Assembly (NCBI RefSeq): GCF_013076305.1
Contig: NW_027019640.1
Coordinates: forward strand, 4,938,378 to 5,002,377
Direction of reading: 5' to 3'
Length of the DNA: 64,000 nucleotides
Origin: Rhopilema esculentum
Taxonomy: Eukaryota
The stretch's first letter is position 1; the number at the start of each line of letters is the position of its first letter. The notes below the pieces were generated by a model. That model searched no databases. It was not told the origin of the DNA and was given only the letters and a program-made list of their open reading frames with translations. Position numbers and translations under genes: made by a program. This document shows positions 63,346 through 64,000 of this stretch, piece by piece.

Positions 63346-63635
63346 CTGGTCCGGCAATTTTAGTTTGAAGACCAAAATCCTTCAGCATTTCCAACGTCCT
63401 GGTCCGGAAAATAGCGCTATCAAAGAAATTGATAGATGGTAGGCAGTTTACCTTAAGGGCTAGAATCTTCAGGTGGATCCAACGTTCTGGTCTGGTCTTC
63501 ACGTGGAGCCAAAGTATTTCTTGAAAAATTGTCATCAGGATAATTGATAGATGCTGGTCCGGCAATTTTATTTTGAACCCCAGAGTCCTTCAGAGGTCCC
63601 AATGTCCAGGTCCGGCATTTCTTTGAAATAGCTCT
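63346..63635. repeat. Satellite-like tandem array: ~1.4 copies of a ~208-bp higher-order unit built from CTGGTCCGGCAATTTTAGTTTGAA…TCCTTCAG… subunits
   Basis: ctggtccggcaattt recurs at 63346 and 63554; degenerate variants ctggtccggaaaat (63402) and ctggtctggtcttc (63487); an attgatagatg motif recurs at 63428 and 63545. Confidence 0.6.
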
Positions 63636-64000
63636 ATTCATAGCAGGTATTTTAGCTACTGAGTCATTAACAGACTCTCATTTTGCCTTTGTTTGTATAG
63701 CTCTAGCCTCAGAACTGAATAATTAATGATTAGGCTTGGCATATGAATACCATGCCATGAGATAAGTGATATCTTACCATCACTCTGCTTCACGTTGTTA
63801 TCAAGAAGTCAAGCGAAAAATCTCTTAAACTTGACATAAGCCCTTGACACCGCTATAGTTTCTTTAGCTCAATCAAACTATTTGGTTATTATTAACATGA
63901 TACCTTAATAGCATGCTAAATTGACGGACGAAATCGTACAACAGTTATTTTGCCATCCAGCAACCTGCTTTGCGGTGTACAAGTTTGATGGCTTTTTCAA

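Overview
This window is eukaryotic (metazoan-like) nuclear DNA, not a prokaryotic locus. It is AT-rich, has spliced genes with GT-AG introns and carries an LTR retrotransposon, so operon or defence-island logic does not apply. All calls below rest on reading the sequence and the ORF track by eye; no database search was run.

Three main elements, left to right:

- **KCNQ/Kv7-type K+ channel gene, 3' two-thirds (plus strand, ~24750–34365).** Thirteen phase-consistent exons encode the end of transmembrane segment S2 through S6, including the S4 arginine ladder, the TIGYGD selectivity filter and the IQ helix A, followed by the C-terminal coiled coils. Upstream exons (N-terminus and S1) were not found in the window.
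- **Complete, apparently young LTR retrotransposon (minus strand, 35707–42025).** It has the BEL/Pao-like domain order Gag(3×CCHC)-PR(DSG)-RT(YVDD)-RH-IN(HHCC+DDE) in one uninterrupted 1791-aa ORF. The ~430-bp LTRs differ only by a 2-bp indel, and a primer-binding site, polypurine tract and 4-bp ACGG target-site duplication are all present. It is nested inside an older dispersed repeat that has a second copy at ~55900–56300.
- **Complete cytoplasmic poly(A)-binding protein (PABPC) gene (plus strand, ~43800–53126).** Seven coding exons encode four RRMs, the linker and the PABC/MLLE domain (617 aa), with a 3' AATAAA. A candidate promoter and 5'-UTR exon lie ~2.6 kb upstream of the ATG. The introns are dense with (TA)n tracts and structured repeats, listed below.

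PABPC intron and flank repeats:
- a Tc1/mariner-like MITE with a TA duplication;
- a perfect 55-bp-stem hairpin with a non-hairpin paralogue;
- a perfect 69-bp palindrome;
- an 834-bp tandem duplication.

The first ~24 kb and the last ~11 kb are gene-poor and repeat-rich, with no confidently identifiable genes. Repeats there include (CATAA)n, 61-bp, 131-bp and ~208-bp tandem arrays, and a dispersed GGGGGCTTATTCGAGG family.
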